Positions 27,447 to 36,460 of a DNA stretch of 64,000 bases are shown piece by piece. Both the position numbers and the translations under genes were made by a program. How positions within the stretch are numbered: the stretch's first letter is position 1; each line of letters opens with the position of its first letter. The stretch is from a virus, in the IMG/VR virus record IMGVR_UViG_3300025425_001694. One strand, given 5' to 3'. Under the pieces are notes generated by a model that saw only the letters and a program-made list of their open reading frames with translations, ran no database searches and was not told where the DNA came from.

Positions 27447-27738
27447 GCAGCACATGGAAAATACACCAAATTTAAAAGAGCAACATCCAAACTGTGGTAC
27501 TCCGCAATGTTGCGGTAAATGCGATACTGCAGTTACCGAAGGTTCAGAAACTTGGGAAGATGGTTATAAACGTAGGGTTATAAAAACTACTAAACCAGAA
27601 CACAAAGACGATGGGTATAACTGGCGTATTAAAGGTAAAGACCGTCCTAATATTTCTATCAAATTGTATAAAGAAAAACCATCTTTTAAAGAATTTACAA
27701 AACAAATGAAAAGAGTTGCTGGTCATGAGTTTGGTTAG
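27433..27738 (+). CDS. Putative head-internal protein
   Basis: MKSFKQHME start; HPNCGTPQCCGKC module. Confidence 0.55.
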   Translation: MKSFKQHMENTPNLKEQHPNCGTPQCCGKCDTAVTEGSETWEDGYKRRVIKTTKPEHKDDGYNWRIKGKDRPNISIKLYKEKPSFKEFTKQMKRVAGHEFG

Positions 27739-28024
27739 ATTTCGTTTATATATTTCTGAGGGTGTTCGTCTTAAACTCATTAGGGGTAAGGGCGAAGACA
27801 CTTTAAAGATGCAGGATACTAAAGAGAAATCTTGGGTTGAACTTCGTGGAAAACCTGGATTTGAAACTAAGTACGACAAACACGATCCTTTACACAAAGC
27901 TATTACCGCGTTAGGCAAATCTGCTAATATATCAGATTTCATGAACGGAGATGAAGTATCTATTAATCCAAACCATTCTGACGGTAAAAAAGCGTTGGCA
28001 ACAATAAAGAAGTTGATGAAATGA
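27725..28024 (+). CDS. Putative head-internal protein
   Basis: MSLVRFRLYISE start. Confidence 0.5.
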   Translation: MSLVRFRLYISEGVRLKLIRGKGEDTLKMQDTKEKSWVELRGKPGFETKYDKHDPLHKAITALGKSANISDFMNGDEVSINPNHSDGKKALATIKKLMK

Positions 28025-28329
28025 AAAGTTTTAAAGAGTTTTTAGAAGAAAAAGATCCTCGATTGGCGAAGGCTGGAGTAGATGGTTATAATAAAGCCAA
28101 AAGGACTCCTAGCCATCCTGAAAAGAGTCATATCGTTGTCGCTAAGGACGGTGACAAGATTAAGACTATTCGTTTTGGTCAACAAGGTGCTTCTACTGCC
28201 GGTGATCCTAAAAAAGGCGAATCAGATAAAATGAAAGCTAAGCGAAAGTCTTTCAAAGCACGCCACGGTAAAAACATTGCTAAAGGTAAAATGAGTGGTG
28301 CATATTGGGCAGATAAAGAAAAGTGGTAA
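28021..28329 (+). CDS. Putative head-internal basic protein
   Basis: MKSFKEFLEE start; KTIRFGQQG ... RKSFKARH ... AYWA..KW. Confidence 0.6.
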   Translation: MKSFKEFLEEKDPRLAKAGVDGYNKAKRTPSHPEKSHIVVAKDGDKIKTIRFGQQGASTAGDPKKGESDKMKAKRKSFKARHGKNIAKGKMSGAYWADKEKW

Positions 28330-28402
28330 CAATTGTTGCGTAATAACTCAATGCAAAAAATTGATAAATAGTTTTAAATACAACGAAAGTAAAGGTTAGT
28401 CA

Positions 28403-29605
28403 ATGAAAAACTTTAACAGATTTTTAAAAGAAAAAAATAAAAAAACTGAGTGCCCTAAATGTGAAGGAGCTGGCTGCGATCATTGCGATGATAAAGGCTA
28501 TCACATTATCGACGAAAGTTTTACTAAGAAACAAATTTCGTCTGCAATTGGAATTGCATCTGATAAAAGATATGCTGGCAATAATATGACTGGCGCTGTT
28601 AAAGTAATTGAAAAAATTAAAAACGGTTTATCTAATCACCCACAAGTAATGGCAGTTTTGAAAAGACAAAACGAAGAACTTGATGAGATTAGTGCTTCTG
28701 ATAAAAAGCATATGGCTCAAATCTACGATAAGAAAGGCAACCTTACTCCTCTCGGTAAAAGAGTTATGGATCACGGTAAAAAAGCTGCTGATGCAAAAGT
28801 AGCAGATAAGGCCCGGCGTAAAGAATATAACGCATATCAAAAATCTAAGCGCAATGAAGAAGTCGAGCTTGATGAAGCATCAATTCAACTTGTAGCTAAG
28901 GATCTTGAAGCATATGCTAAAAAACACGGTGGCATGGATAAAAAAGATTTTATGAAAGCTGCAGCTATGATGAAATCAAACCAGAAAGCTGACTTAGTAA
29001 AATTTGTAGACGACTTAGACACAGAGCCGCGCGAGAAAATTATTTATATGATTTTTCAAATGATGGGTAAAAAAACAGCAGAAAAAATGTTTAATGTTAA
29101 CATTAATGAAGCAGGGCCCAGGCATACAATGATACCAATGAATAAACGATTTGGTAGTAGTGGACGTGATTCTAAGAAATTTGATATATATAAGAAACAC
29201 ATGAAAAAGACTAGTTCTGATGAATCGACTGTGCGAATGATCGCTGACAACCCAGCCGACCCTGAATCAAAGCGTATGATGAAAAACAAAGATATTGCTA
29301 AGGGTGTTGAATTATATAAAGCTTCTTTTAAAGAAGAGGTTGAACTTGATGAAAAGGCGCCTAAAATACAAGGTGACTCTATTGCAATTCAACGTGCTAG
29401 AGATAAAGCTCATGCTGATGCTATGGGCCGGCATGTAAAATCTGGCCGTGAGAAAAGTGCACCATCTGTTCAATGGAAAGTTCAAATCGGTAAAAGACAT
29501 TATACTGTAACTGCGCGAGATACTGCTAATGCGCATGCAAAGGCTAGAGTGATGGCAAAGGCAGACCAAAATTTTGGTGTACCTGGCACAATTGAACGTA
29601 TTTAA
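28403..29605 (+). CDS. Putative head-internal polyprotein with repeated EE(VE)LDE linkers
   Basis: MKNFNRFLKE start, CxxCxGxGCxxC module, EELDE/EEVELDE x3. Confidence 0.6.
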   Translation: MKNFNRFLKEKNKKTECPKCEGAGCDHCDDKGYHIIDESFTKKQISSAIGIASDKRYAGNNMTGAVKVIEKIKNGLSNHPQVMAVLKRQNEELDEISASDKKHMAQIYDKKGNLTPLGKRVMDHGKKAADAKVADKARRKEYNAYQKSKRNEEVELDEASIQLVAKDLEAYAKKHGGMDKKDFMKAAAMMKSNQKADLVKFVDDLDTEPREKIIYMIFQMMGKKTAEKMFNVNINEAGPRHTMIPMNKRFGSSGRDSKKFDIYKKHMKKTSSDESTVRMIADNPADPESKRMMKNKDIAKGVELYKASFKEEVELDEKAPKIQGDSIAIQRARDKAHADAMGRHVKSGREKSAPSVQWKVQIGKRHYTVTARDTANAHAKARVMAKADQNFGVPGTIERI

Positions 29606-29643
29606 AATTAATTTAAACAACCCAAACAAGGAGAACAACAACA

Positions 29644-29955
29644 ATGGCACTTTGGGGAAAAACAGACGCATTAGCTTCAGTACCAACATGGTTAGAAGCT
29701 GACTCTAATAATACAAACAAATCAAATGACCAAGATAACGCGATTTTTGTCGACACCACAGAAGCTGGTGTAGCAGCTAACCGTGCAAAAGGTATTAAAA
29801 CTCCAGGCTGGAATTTATATAATACTTATACAACAGCCGAGGGTAATACTCGCCACATAGTAGAATCATTAGTGACTATGAAAGTTACTGCAGGCGATGC
29901 TGGCGACCTTGGTGTAACTGGAGCAGGCGATGACTCAATCGTAGCTGATGCTTAA
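29644..29955 (+). CDS. Hypothetical (possible virion) protein
   Basis: MALWGKTD...GIKTPGW motif; AAGGAG RBS. Confidence 0.6.
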   Translation: MALWGKTDALASVPTWLEADSNNTNKSNDQDNAIFVDTTEAGVAANRAKGIKTPGWNLYNTYTTAEGNTRHIVESLVTMKVTAGDAGDLGVTGAGDDSIVADA

Positions 29956-29975
29956 TCGAAAGTAGAAATTAAATT

Positions 29976-30350
29976 ATGAAGCTAGGAGAATCAACTTTTC
30001 TTCTTTATGCTGCAAAATATTATGAAAATCCGCATTGTTCGGATATTGCAGAATTTGAAGAAGACTTAAAAAGATTGCAGTACTTAAGAAAGCTCTTTGG
30101 TAGATACAAACAGTCCGGAGATCTAAAAGAAAGGTTGATTCTCAATCATTTAATTATTTTATATAATTGTTTTGGTATAGAAACAACAAATATGCTGTTT
30201 ATGAAGCTAGAAGAATACCACGATTATTTGAAGCCCTTTGTGGTATATTTAAATTTTATGCCAGAATTTATTGAATATGATGATGAAAAAATTCATAATC
30301 GTCACTTTAAATCAGATGAACATATAGAAGAAATTTTAAGGAAAATATAA
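29976..30350 (+). CDS. T4-like hypothetical protein
   Basis: FLLYAAKYYENP..EFEEDLKR..LKERLILNHLI. Confidence 0.7.
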   Translation: MKLGESTFLLYAAKYYENPHCSDIAEFEEDLKRLQYLRKLFGRYKQSGDLKERLILNHLIILYNCFGIETTNMLFMKLEEYHDYLKPFVVYLNFMPEFIEYDDEKIHNRHFKSDEHIEEILRKI

Positions 30351-30351
30351 A

Positions 30352-31350
30352 GTGATAGTAGATCTATTTTTAGTTTATCAATTTATTCGTAGATTAGCTA
30401 CGCCATTTGAGAAGTGGCCTGCTTACGAAGCCGGTGTAATAGATAAAAATGGAAATATACTCAAAGGAAAAAAACAGAGAAATTTAAAATCTGAAAAAGA
30501 TTCGTTTGGTATTTTTGATTTGATGATATTAAAACTTAAAAAGCTTTTAGCTAAACTACCAGGTGGATCATCAAATTTTGCTTCATACGCTGCAGCACTA
30601 TTTCTCATAAAGGAATGGAAACATTTTACTGATGACAGCATGCTTAATGAATCTGTATCTACCAAACAACTAGATGAATCATTAGATTTATTTTTTAGTA
30701 GATATAATCATTATAACACACTTTCAGAAGATGTCAATCTAAATATGTTGCCAGAAGCAAAAGAATTACCAACCAAACCACCTAAGTTCACAAAAGCTGG
30801 TCCAGATGGCGAAATTGAAATAAAGTTTCCGACAGGACGTAAGTTCCTGATCCGAAAGCAGCTTGATCCAAATTTGCGTCACGAGCGTGGTTCGTTTCAA
30901 TTTCTTGAGTGGGACGGAGACGATTGGGAGTGGGCTGATACAGTTAGTCCTAAAGCGTATGCAAAAGAAAAAGTGCTTGGTATAGGTATGTGGGATAAAG
31001 GGCACAAGAAATTAGTTGCTGATTATTCTTCATCTATGACCAAATATATTCATACTAAGGTTACTGATGGTAAAACTACTATTAATTTTAATGAGTCAGC
31101 TATTAATATGCGCACAATAAAATTAATTAATAAAATTAAAAAGTCTGGTGTAGTAAAATCTGGTTCAATGTCAAAATCAATAGACACGAAACCAGCAATG
31201 AAAGAAGAACTAGCTAATAGTGTTGGTGGCGGTGGTATAGCCGGTTTAGATGGCGGGCATATGTCAAAGGCTGCTCAGAAAAAATGGACATCAAGTAATA
31301 AGTCTAATAAAAAGAAAAGACTTAGAGATATTATAGGAGTGAATACATGA
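30352..31350 (+). CDS. T4-like hypothetical protein with inserted internal module
   Basis: YQFIRRL.TPF..W.AY..G.ID..G N-terminus; EELANSVGGGGIAG C-terminus. Confidence 0.6.
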   Translation: MIVDLFLVYQFIRRLATPFEKWPAYEAGVIDKNGNILKGKKQRNLKSEKDSFGIFDLMILKLKKLLAKLPGGSSNFASYAAALFLIKEWKHFTDDSMLNESVSTKQLDESLDLFFSRYNHYNTLSEDVNLNMLPEAKELPTKPPKFTKAGPDGEIEIKFPTGRKFLIRKQLDPNLRHERGSFQFLEWDGDDWEWADTVSPKAYAKEKVLGIGMWDKGHKKLVADYSSSMTKYIHTKVTDGKTTINFNESAINMRTIKLINKIKKSGVVKSGSMSKSIDTKPAMKEELANSVGGGGIAGLDGGHMSKAAQKKWTSSNKSNKKKRLRDIIGVNT

Positions 31351-32204
31351 TTAGTTTAGATCAATTTAGCGCAATGATACCGAGGAATAAAGAACCAGAA
31401 GCCTGGTATAAAAATGTTGTTGACATGTTTGAAAAATATGATATAGTAACACCATTGCGTATTGCAGGTTTCATGGCTCAATGCGGTCACGAGTCTGCAG
31501 ACTTTAACTCGCTGGAAGAAAATTTAAATTACAGTGAAAAAGCATTGAATGGCGTATTTGGTAGGTACTTTGGATCTGGTAAAAGAAACGCGGCAGATTA
31601 TGCTCGTAAACCAGAAAAAATTGCGAATTATGTTTACCAAGATGAATTCCGTTCAAAACGCGGTCAGATGGGTAACACCAAAGATGGCGACGGTTGGAGG
31701 TTCCGTGGCCGTGGTATTAAACAATTAACCGGTCGCAACAACTATACTGCATTCGGTAAATCTGTTGGTATGTCGGCAGAAGAAGCGTCAGAATATGTAG
31801 CAACAAAAAAAGGTGCTCTTGAGTCTGCATGCTGGTTTTGGGCTACAAACAAAATTGATAGATATGCAGATAATGACGATATCGTTGGAATGACTAAACG
31901 CATTAACGGTGGTACAATTGGTTTAGACGATCGCAAATCTCGTTATTCAAGAGCAAAGAGTATTTTAGGTGGTGAAAGTATTCCAACGCCAAAGAAAACT
32001 TCAAGTAGCTCGTCAAGTAAAAGAACATTGCGCAAAGGTATGAAAGGCGACGATGTAGCTAAGATGCAAAAAGCTCTCGGTGTTACTGCAGACGGCGATT
32101 TTGGCTTTGGTACTCTAGGTGTAGTAAAAAAATGGCAACGATCAAACGGATTAACTCCAGATGGTATAGTTGGCCCAAAGACTCAAGCAAAAATGTTTAG
32201 TTGA
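31347..32204 (+). CDS. Endolysin: GH19 domain plus C-terminal peptidoglycan-binding domain
   Basis: FMAQCGHES, EENLNYS, RGRGIKQLTGRNNY, RINGG; DGDFG and DGIVGPKT repeats. Confidence 0.92.
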   Translation: MISLDQFSAMIPRNKEPEAWYKNVVDMFEKYDIVTPLRIAGFMAQCGHESADFNSLEENLNYSEKALNGVFGRYFGSGKRNAADYARKPEKIANYVYQDEFRSKRGQMGNTKDGDGWRFRGRGIKQLTGRNNYTAFGKSVGMSAEEASEYVATKKGALESACWFWATNKIDRYADNDDIVGMTKRINGGTIGLDDRKSRYSRAKSILGGESIPTPKKTSSSSSSKRTLRKGMKGDDVAKMQKALGVTADGDFGFGTLGVVKKWQRSNGLTPDGIVGPKTQAKMFS

Positions 32205-32252
32205 TAAATAGTAGATAATAAGTTAAACCACAGAAGAATAAGGAGACAGTAA

Positions 32253-32591
32253 ATGTCAATTAGAGATATTATAGAGCACTCGGTTAATAAAAATCCTCTC
32301 GCCATGAGAGAAGCTTTGGACGAAGAAATGCGCAACCGTATTTCTATAGCGATCCAAGAAAAAATGATGGCGGAAAAAAATGCTGAAATGTTGGAAGCAT
32401 CTGATGACGAAGATGACGAAGATGACGAAGATGATGACGAAGATGATGACGAAGACGAAATGGCATCTGAAATGAAAGAACTACATGCTTCTTCATGTGG
32501 CAAAACAGAAATGTATGCCAAAATGAAAGAAAAGTATGGTTGTAATAAAGCAACATTTGAAGGTCTATACGCTTCCAACTGTACTAGCTAA
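32253..32591 (+). CDS. Acidic hypothetical protein (prohead-core-like)
   Basis: Long D/E tract; AAGGAG RBS. Confidence 0.5.
   Translation: MSIRDIIEHSVNKNPLAMREALDEEMRNRISIAIQEKMMAEKNAEMLEASDDEDDEDDEDDDEDDDEDEMASEMKELHASSCGKTEMYAKMKEKYGCNKATFEGLYASNCTS
32402..32460 (+). repeat. GATGACGAA-type microsatellite encoding poly-Asp/Glu
   Basis: gatgacgaa-based tandem units. Confidence 0.8.
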
Positions 32592-32603
32592 AGAAAGCTT
32601 TAG

Positions 32604-33053
32604 ATGGCAAAGTTATATCTTCTAATCATAATGATTGGTATTATTGGCGGTGTAGGTTACACAGCTAAAAGCTACTATGAATGGTCAGAAGAAACCATCG
32701 GAACACTTCGTGAGAATAACGTTAAATTGGTGTCTGCAACTGAAACTCTACAAAATACTGTAGATACGATGGTTGCAGACGCTGAACGTAATGAAGAACT
32801 AAATCAAAATCTTACAATACAATTAGCAGAATCACGTGAGTACCTTAATACTTTACGTAACAAATTTGCTCGTATTGATTTAACTATGGAAGCCTTACAA
32901 GATCCTGTAAACTTAGAGGAAAGGGTACAGCGTGCAGTTGACAGACTTATCAATGACATCGCTGAAGACACTGCTCGTCCTGGTGATACCGATGACACTC
33001 CTGACGGCGTGCTCGAGTCGGATACCGGAACCGACAGTAGTAGTTCAGACTGA
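32604..33053 (+). CDS. Inner-membrane spanin (Rz-like)
   Basis: N-terminal TM helix plus periplasmic coiled coil; overlapped by a lipoprotein ORF. Confidence 0.7.
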   Translation: MAKLYLLIIMIGIIGGVGYTAKSYYEWSEETIGTLRENNVKLVSATETLQNTVDTMVADAERNEELNQNLTIQLAESREYLNTLRNKFARIDLTMEALQDPVNLEERVQRAVDRLINDIAEDTARPGDTDDTPDGVLESDTGTDSSSSD

Positions 33054-33312
33054 ATATCAAAAACAAAACATTCCGATCCAATCACGACCGCCTGTGGTCG
33101 AGTTTCCGCCTGTTGAATGGCATGTAATAACTGAAGATAACGTAGATGCAAAGATGGAAGAGCTTAACGGTTCAACCGGTAACTTTGTAGTGTTTGCAAT
33201 TGGTCCTAAGGGATACGAAAATCTAGCCATTGGTATTGCTGAGATGCGCAGATATATTAATGAGCAAAAGGCTATAATTGTTTACTATGAGGATGCTTTA
33301 GAGAATAAATAA
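32953..33312 (+). CDS. Outer-membrane spanin lipoprotein (Rz1-like)
   Basis: Lipobox LLTAC, Pro-rich segment, +1 frame overlap with i-spanin. Confidence 0.72.
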   Translation: MTSLKTLLVLVIPMTLLTACSSRIPEPTVVVQTEYQKQNIPIQSRPPVVEFPPVEWHVITEDNVDAKMEELNGSTGNFVVFAIGPKGYENLAIGIAEMRRYINEQKAIIVYYEDALENK

Positions 33313-33342
33313 CATTAGCAGATTGTATTATGTTGAATACTG

Positions 33343-33371
33343 AAGGGGATATAATTTATATCCTCTTTTTT
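33343..33371 (+). terminator. Rho-independent terminator
   Basis: aaggggatata-att-tatatcctctt-tttt. Confidence 0.65.
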
Positions 33372-33399
33372 AATTTAAACAGCTAAAGAGTAAACAAAA

Positions 33400-33864
33400 A
33401 TGGTAGACGACTTAAACACACTTAAAACAGACGTTGCTCTTATAAAAAAAGACATAAAACAAATAGATCGTGTATTCAACAAAGTGGATAGTGCGATTGA
33501 AGACATGTCTGAACTTCATAAAATCGCGGCAGTACAAGATACGATATTAGAAAACACTGAAAGAAGACTTACAAGTCTAGAAAACAACTTCGTAAAACAC
33601 GGTGATGATGAACTTGCGTTCAGGAAAGATCTAAATAAATCTTTAAATGAAATGAAAGAAGAGGCGCAAATCCAAAGAGAGCGTCGACATAAAGAAATTT
33701 TAGAAACGCTCAACTCAATGAACTCGTCAGTAAAAAAACGTCTTGAAATGCAAGATGAAAGAGTACGAACATTAGAAAATTGGAGATGGTGGATCCTAGG
33801 TGCGTCAGGCGGCCTCGTTTTCATTTTAACAAAATATAATGTATTGATGTCATTTTTTAGTTGA
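33400..33864 (+). CDS. Coiled-coil protein with C-terminal TM helix (holin-like candidate)
   Basis: LENWRWWILG then TM; next to spanins. Confidence 0.5.
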   Translation: MVDDLNTLKTDVALIKKDIKQIDRVFNKVDSAIEDMSELHKIAAVQDTILENTERRLTSLENNFVKHGDDELAFRKDLNKSLNEMKEEAQIQRERRHKEILETLNSMNSSVKKRLEMQDERVRTLENWRWWILGASGGLVFILTKYNVLMSFFS

Positions 33865-33889
33865 CATTTTCTTATATCGGTGGTATATT
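33861..33889 (+). promoter_or_regulatory. Sigma70-type promoter for primase operon
   Basis: TTGACA-17-TATATT with extended TG. Confidence 0.75.
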
Positions 33890-33924
33890 AAATAGTAACC
33901 CTATAAACCAACTCGTGAGGCGAA

Positions 33925-34938
33925 ATGGTAGATTTCGTAGACCTTCATTATGCAACTTTGTTATCAAACAGGCTCGAACGCTTTCGAGTTAGATCTACAA
34001 ACCCGTATAAAATAAATTTCAGATGTCCAGCATGCGGTGATTCTCAAACATCCCGCACCAAGGCTAGAGGATGGCTATTAGAAAAAGATAACACGTTTCA
34101 TTTTTATTGCCATAATTGTGGAGCAAGTCAATCTTTTTCATATTTCCTAAAAAGTGTTGATAACCTAGTATATAACGATTACATATCTGAAAAGTTTGTA
34201 AAAAAAGTAAGTGAAAAACAGCCAGAAAAAACGGCAATAGAAAAAACAAAATTTGAAACTCCGGTATTCAATACAGATCCACTTAAAAAACTAAAAAAGA
34301 TAAGTCAGCTGAATGTTAACCATCCTTTAAAAAAATATATTATGAAGAGAGGTATTCCACCTCAACATCATTATCGAATGTTTTATGCGCAAAAATTTAA
34401 AACATGGATTAATAGTGTTATTCCAAACAAATTTGAAAATGTTGGAAAAGATGAGCCTCGCCTGGTAATACCATTCGTAGACAAAAAAGGTAAAGTCTTT
34501 GGAGTTTCAGCAAGAGGTTTTGATCCAAAAGGAATGCGCTATATTACAATTATGTTTGACGATCGCCCAAAGATTTTTGGATTAGACAAAGTTGATTTTA
34601 ATAAAAAATATTTTGTAGTTGAAGGCGCTCTTGACAGCATGTTTCTTTCAAACGCAGTAGCTATGGCTGGTGCTGAAGGAAGTACAGCAGCATTACAAAA
34701 TACTAATAATGCAGTATTTGTATTTGACGCCGAACCTCGCAACAAAGAAATTCACAAAAGAATGGAAAAGGTAATTCGCAACGGTCATAAAATCTGCATT
34801 TGGCCATCTGACATTCCTGCAAAAGATATTAACGAAATGGTATTAGCAGGCTCAAATAATGTTGAAGAAATTATTCGCAATAACACATATACTAGCTTGG
34901 AAGCTAATTTGAAATTGATGACTTGGAGAAAAACATGA
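33925..34938 (+). CDS. 61: DNA primase gp61
   Basis: NFRCPACGDS..CHNCG zinc finger, RLVIPF, VEGALDS, KDINEM. Confidence 0.96.
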   Translation: MVDFVDLHYATLLSNRLERFRVRSTNPYKINFRCPACGDSQTSRTKARGWLLEKDNTFHFYCHNCGASQSFSYFLKSVDNLVYNDYISEKFVKKVSEKQPEKTAIEKTKFETPVFNTDPLKKLKKISQLNVNHPLKKYIMKRGIPPQHHYRMFYAQKFKTWINSVIPNKFENVGKDEPRLVIPFVDKKGKVFGVSARGFDPKGMRYITIMFDDRPKIFGLDKVDFNKKYFVVEGALDSMFLSNAVAMAGAEGSTAALQNTNNAVFVFDAEPRNKEIHKRMEKVIRNGHKICIWPSDIPAKDINEMVLAGSNNVEEIIRNNTYTSLEANLKLMTWRKT

Positions 34939-35408
34939 TTAAGGCAATATTAGCATGTGATGATGATTGGGGTATAGGTAAAGGTGGTACATTGCCTTGG
35001 CCCAATAATGCAAACGACTTGGCGTGGTTTAAAGAAAACACATTAAACGATACGGTTGTTATGGGAAGGCGGACATGGGAAAGCTTACCAGTCAAACCGT
35101 TAACAAAACGCAAAAATATTGTAGCATCTAATACCATGAAGCCTCAGACAGGCATTGAAGTAGTTCGATCTGATATATACAAATCAAGGATGAATACTCT
35201 TAGTAAAACCGACAACATATGGATCATTGGCGGTTGCCATTTAATTGAAAATAGCTTACCTATTATTGACGAGTTTTGGCTAAGCCGCATTAGTGGAACG
35301 TACGATTGCGAAATATTTTTGCCTAGAACGTTAATTGAATTATCATACGAACTTTATAGTAGTCAGCACGAAGGTAAAGTATATGTAGATAAGTGGAAAA
35401 AAATATAA
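34935..35408 (+). CDS. frd: Dihydrofolate reductase
   Basis: GIGKGGTLPW, DLAWFK, VMGRRTWESLP, IIGG. Confidence 0.95.
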   Translation: MIKAILACDDDWGIGKGGTLPWPNNANDLAWFKENTLNDTVVMGRRTWESLPVKPLTKRKNIVASNTMKPQTGIEVVRSDIYKSRMNTLSKTDNIWIIGGCHLIENSLPIIDEFWLSRISGTYDCEIFLPRTLIELSYELYSSQHEGKVYVDKWKKI

Positions 35409-36298
35409 TGCATCAATATAAAAATTTGATTAATGACATTATTACGAGTGGCGAAAATGTAAGTGATCGAACTGGTGTAGGAACTCGTTCTATTTTTGGA
35501 TATCAAATGAAGTTTGATCTTTTAGACGGGTTTCCTGCAGTAACAGTAAAAAAGCTTGCATGGAAACCAGTAGTTGGAGAGTTACTTTGGTTTCTTGAAG
35601 GAGGCACTGACGAACGACGTTTAGCCGAACTTACGTATGGAAAAGATCGCGAAGATTTGGTAAATAAAACAACCATTTGGACTGCAAACGCTGATAAGCA
35701 AGGGGTTGATCTAGGGCACTATAATGATGAATACATCAAAGATCTAGGCCCTGTGTATGGATCTCAATGGAGACGCTTTTCCTATTATCAGGACGATCCA
35801 CGGGGTGTAGACCAAGTTTTAAACGTAATTAATCAAATCAAAAACAATCCTACTTCTAGGCGCATTATTATGTCAGCCTGGAACCCAATGACTATAGATA
35901 ACATGGCGCTACCACCTTGCCATGTAATGACTCAATTTGTAGTTCGTAATGGAAAGTTGCATTGTCAAATGTACCAAAGATCAGCTGATGTAGGTCTTGG
36001 CGTTCCATTTAATATTGCATCATACGCGTTGCTTACACATATTATCGCAAGAGAATGCAATCTTGAGGTTGGTACGTATGTTCATACTATTGGAGATGCT
36101 CATATTTACAACGATCATTTATATAATCTTGCAGAAGTATTGGATCGAGAATCTTATCCATTGCCAACTTTAAAAATAGATGATACATTTAATCTTATTG
36201 ATCGTTTAGCGTCAGGCTTTAAAAAAGAAGACTGTAGTTTATTTACTTTGGATAACTACCAACACCACCCAGAAATTAAAATGAAAATGGCCGTGTAA
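35408..36298 (+). CDS. td: Thymidylate synthase (ThyA type)
   Basis: DRTGVGT, ELLWFL, GPVYG.QWR, ALPPCH, QRSAD..LGVPFN. Confidence 0.97.
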   Translation: MHQYKNLINDIITSGENVSDRTGVGTRSIFGYQMKFDLLDGFPAVTVKKLAWKPVVGELLWFLEGGTDERRLAELTYGKDREDLVNKTTIWTANADKQGVDLGHYNDEYIKDLGPVYGSQWRRFSYYQDDPRGVDQVLNVINQIKNNPTSRRIIMSAWNPMTIDNMALPPCHVMTQFVVRNGKLHCQMYQRSADVGLGVPFNIASYALLTHIIARECNLEVGTYVHTIGDAHIYNDHLYNLAEVLDRESYPLPTLKIDDTFNLIDRLASGFKKEDCSLFTLDNYQHHPEIKMKMAV

Positions 36299-36460
36299 AA
36301 AAATAAAAAATATATGAAACAATTCGTATATGTTGTGGGCAAGGCTAATAAATATAATATGTCGGACATCGTAATGTCTAAATTTTCAAAACAATAAAAT
36401 TAAAGAGACCGTATTGCGGAATATGATTTCTTTACTTAATCAGCAAAAAAGGTTATAAAT

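Noticed and set aside
32183-32578. Minus-strand poly-Ser and Arg/His-repeat ORFs
   Set aside because: Antisense readings of the GATGACGAA acidic tract.
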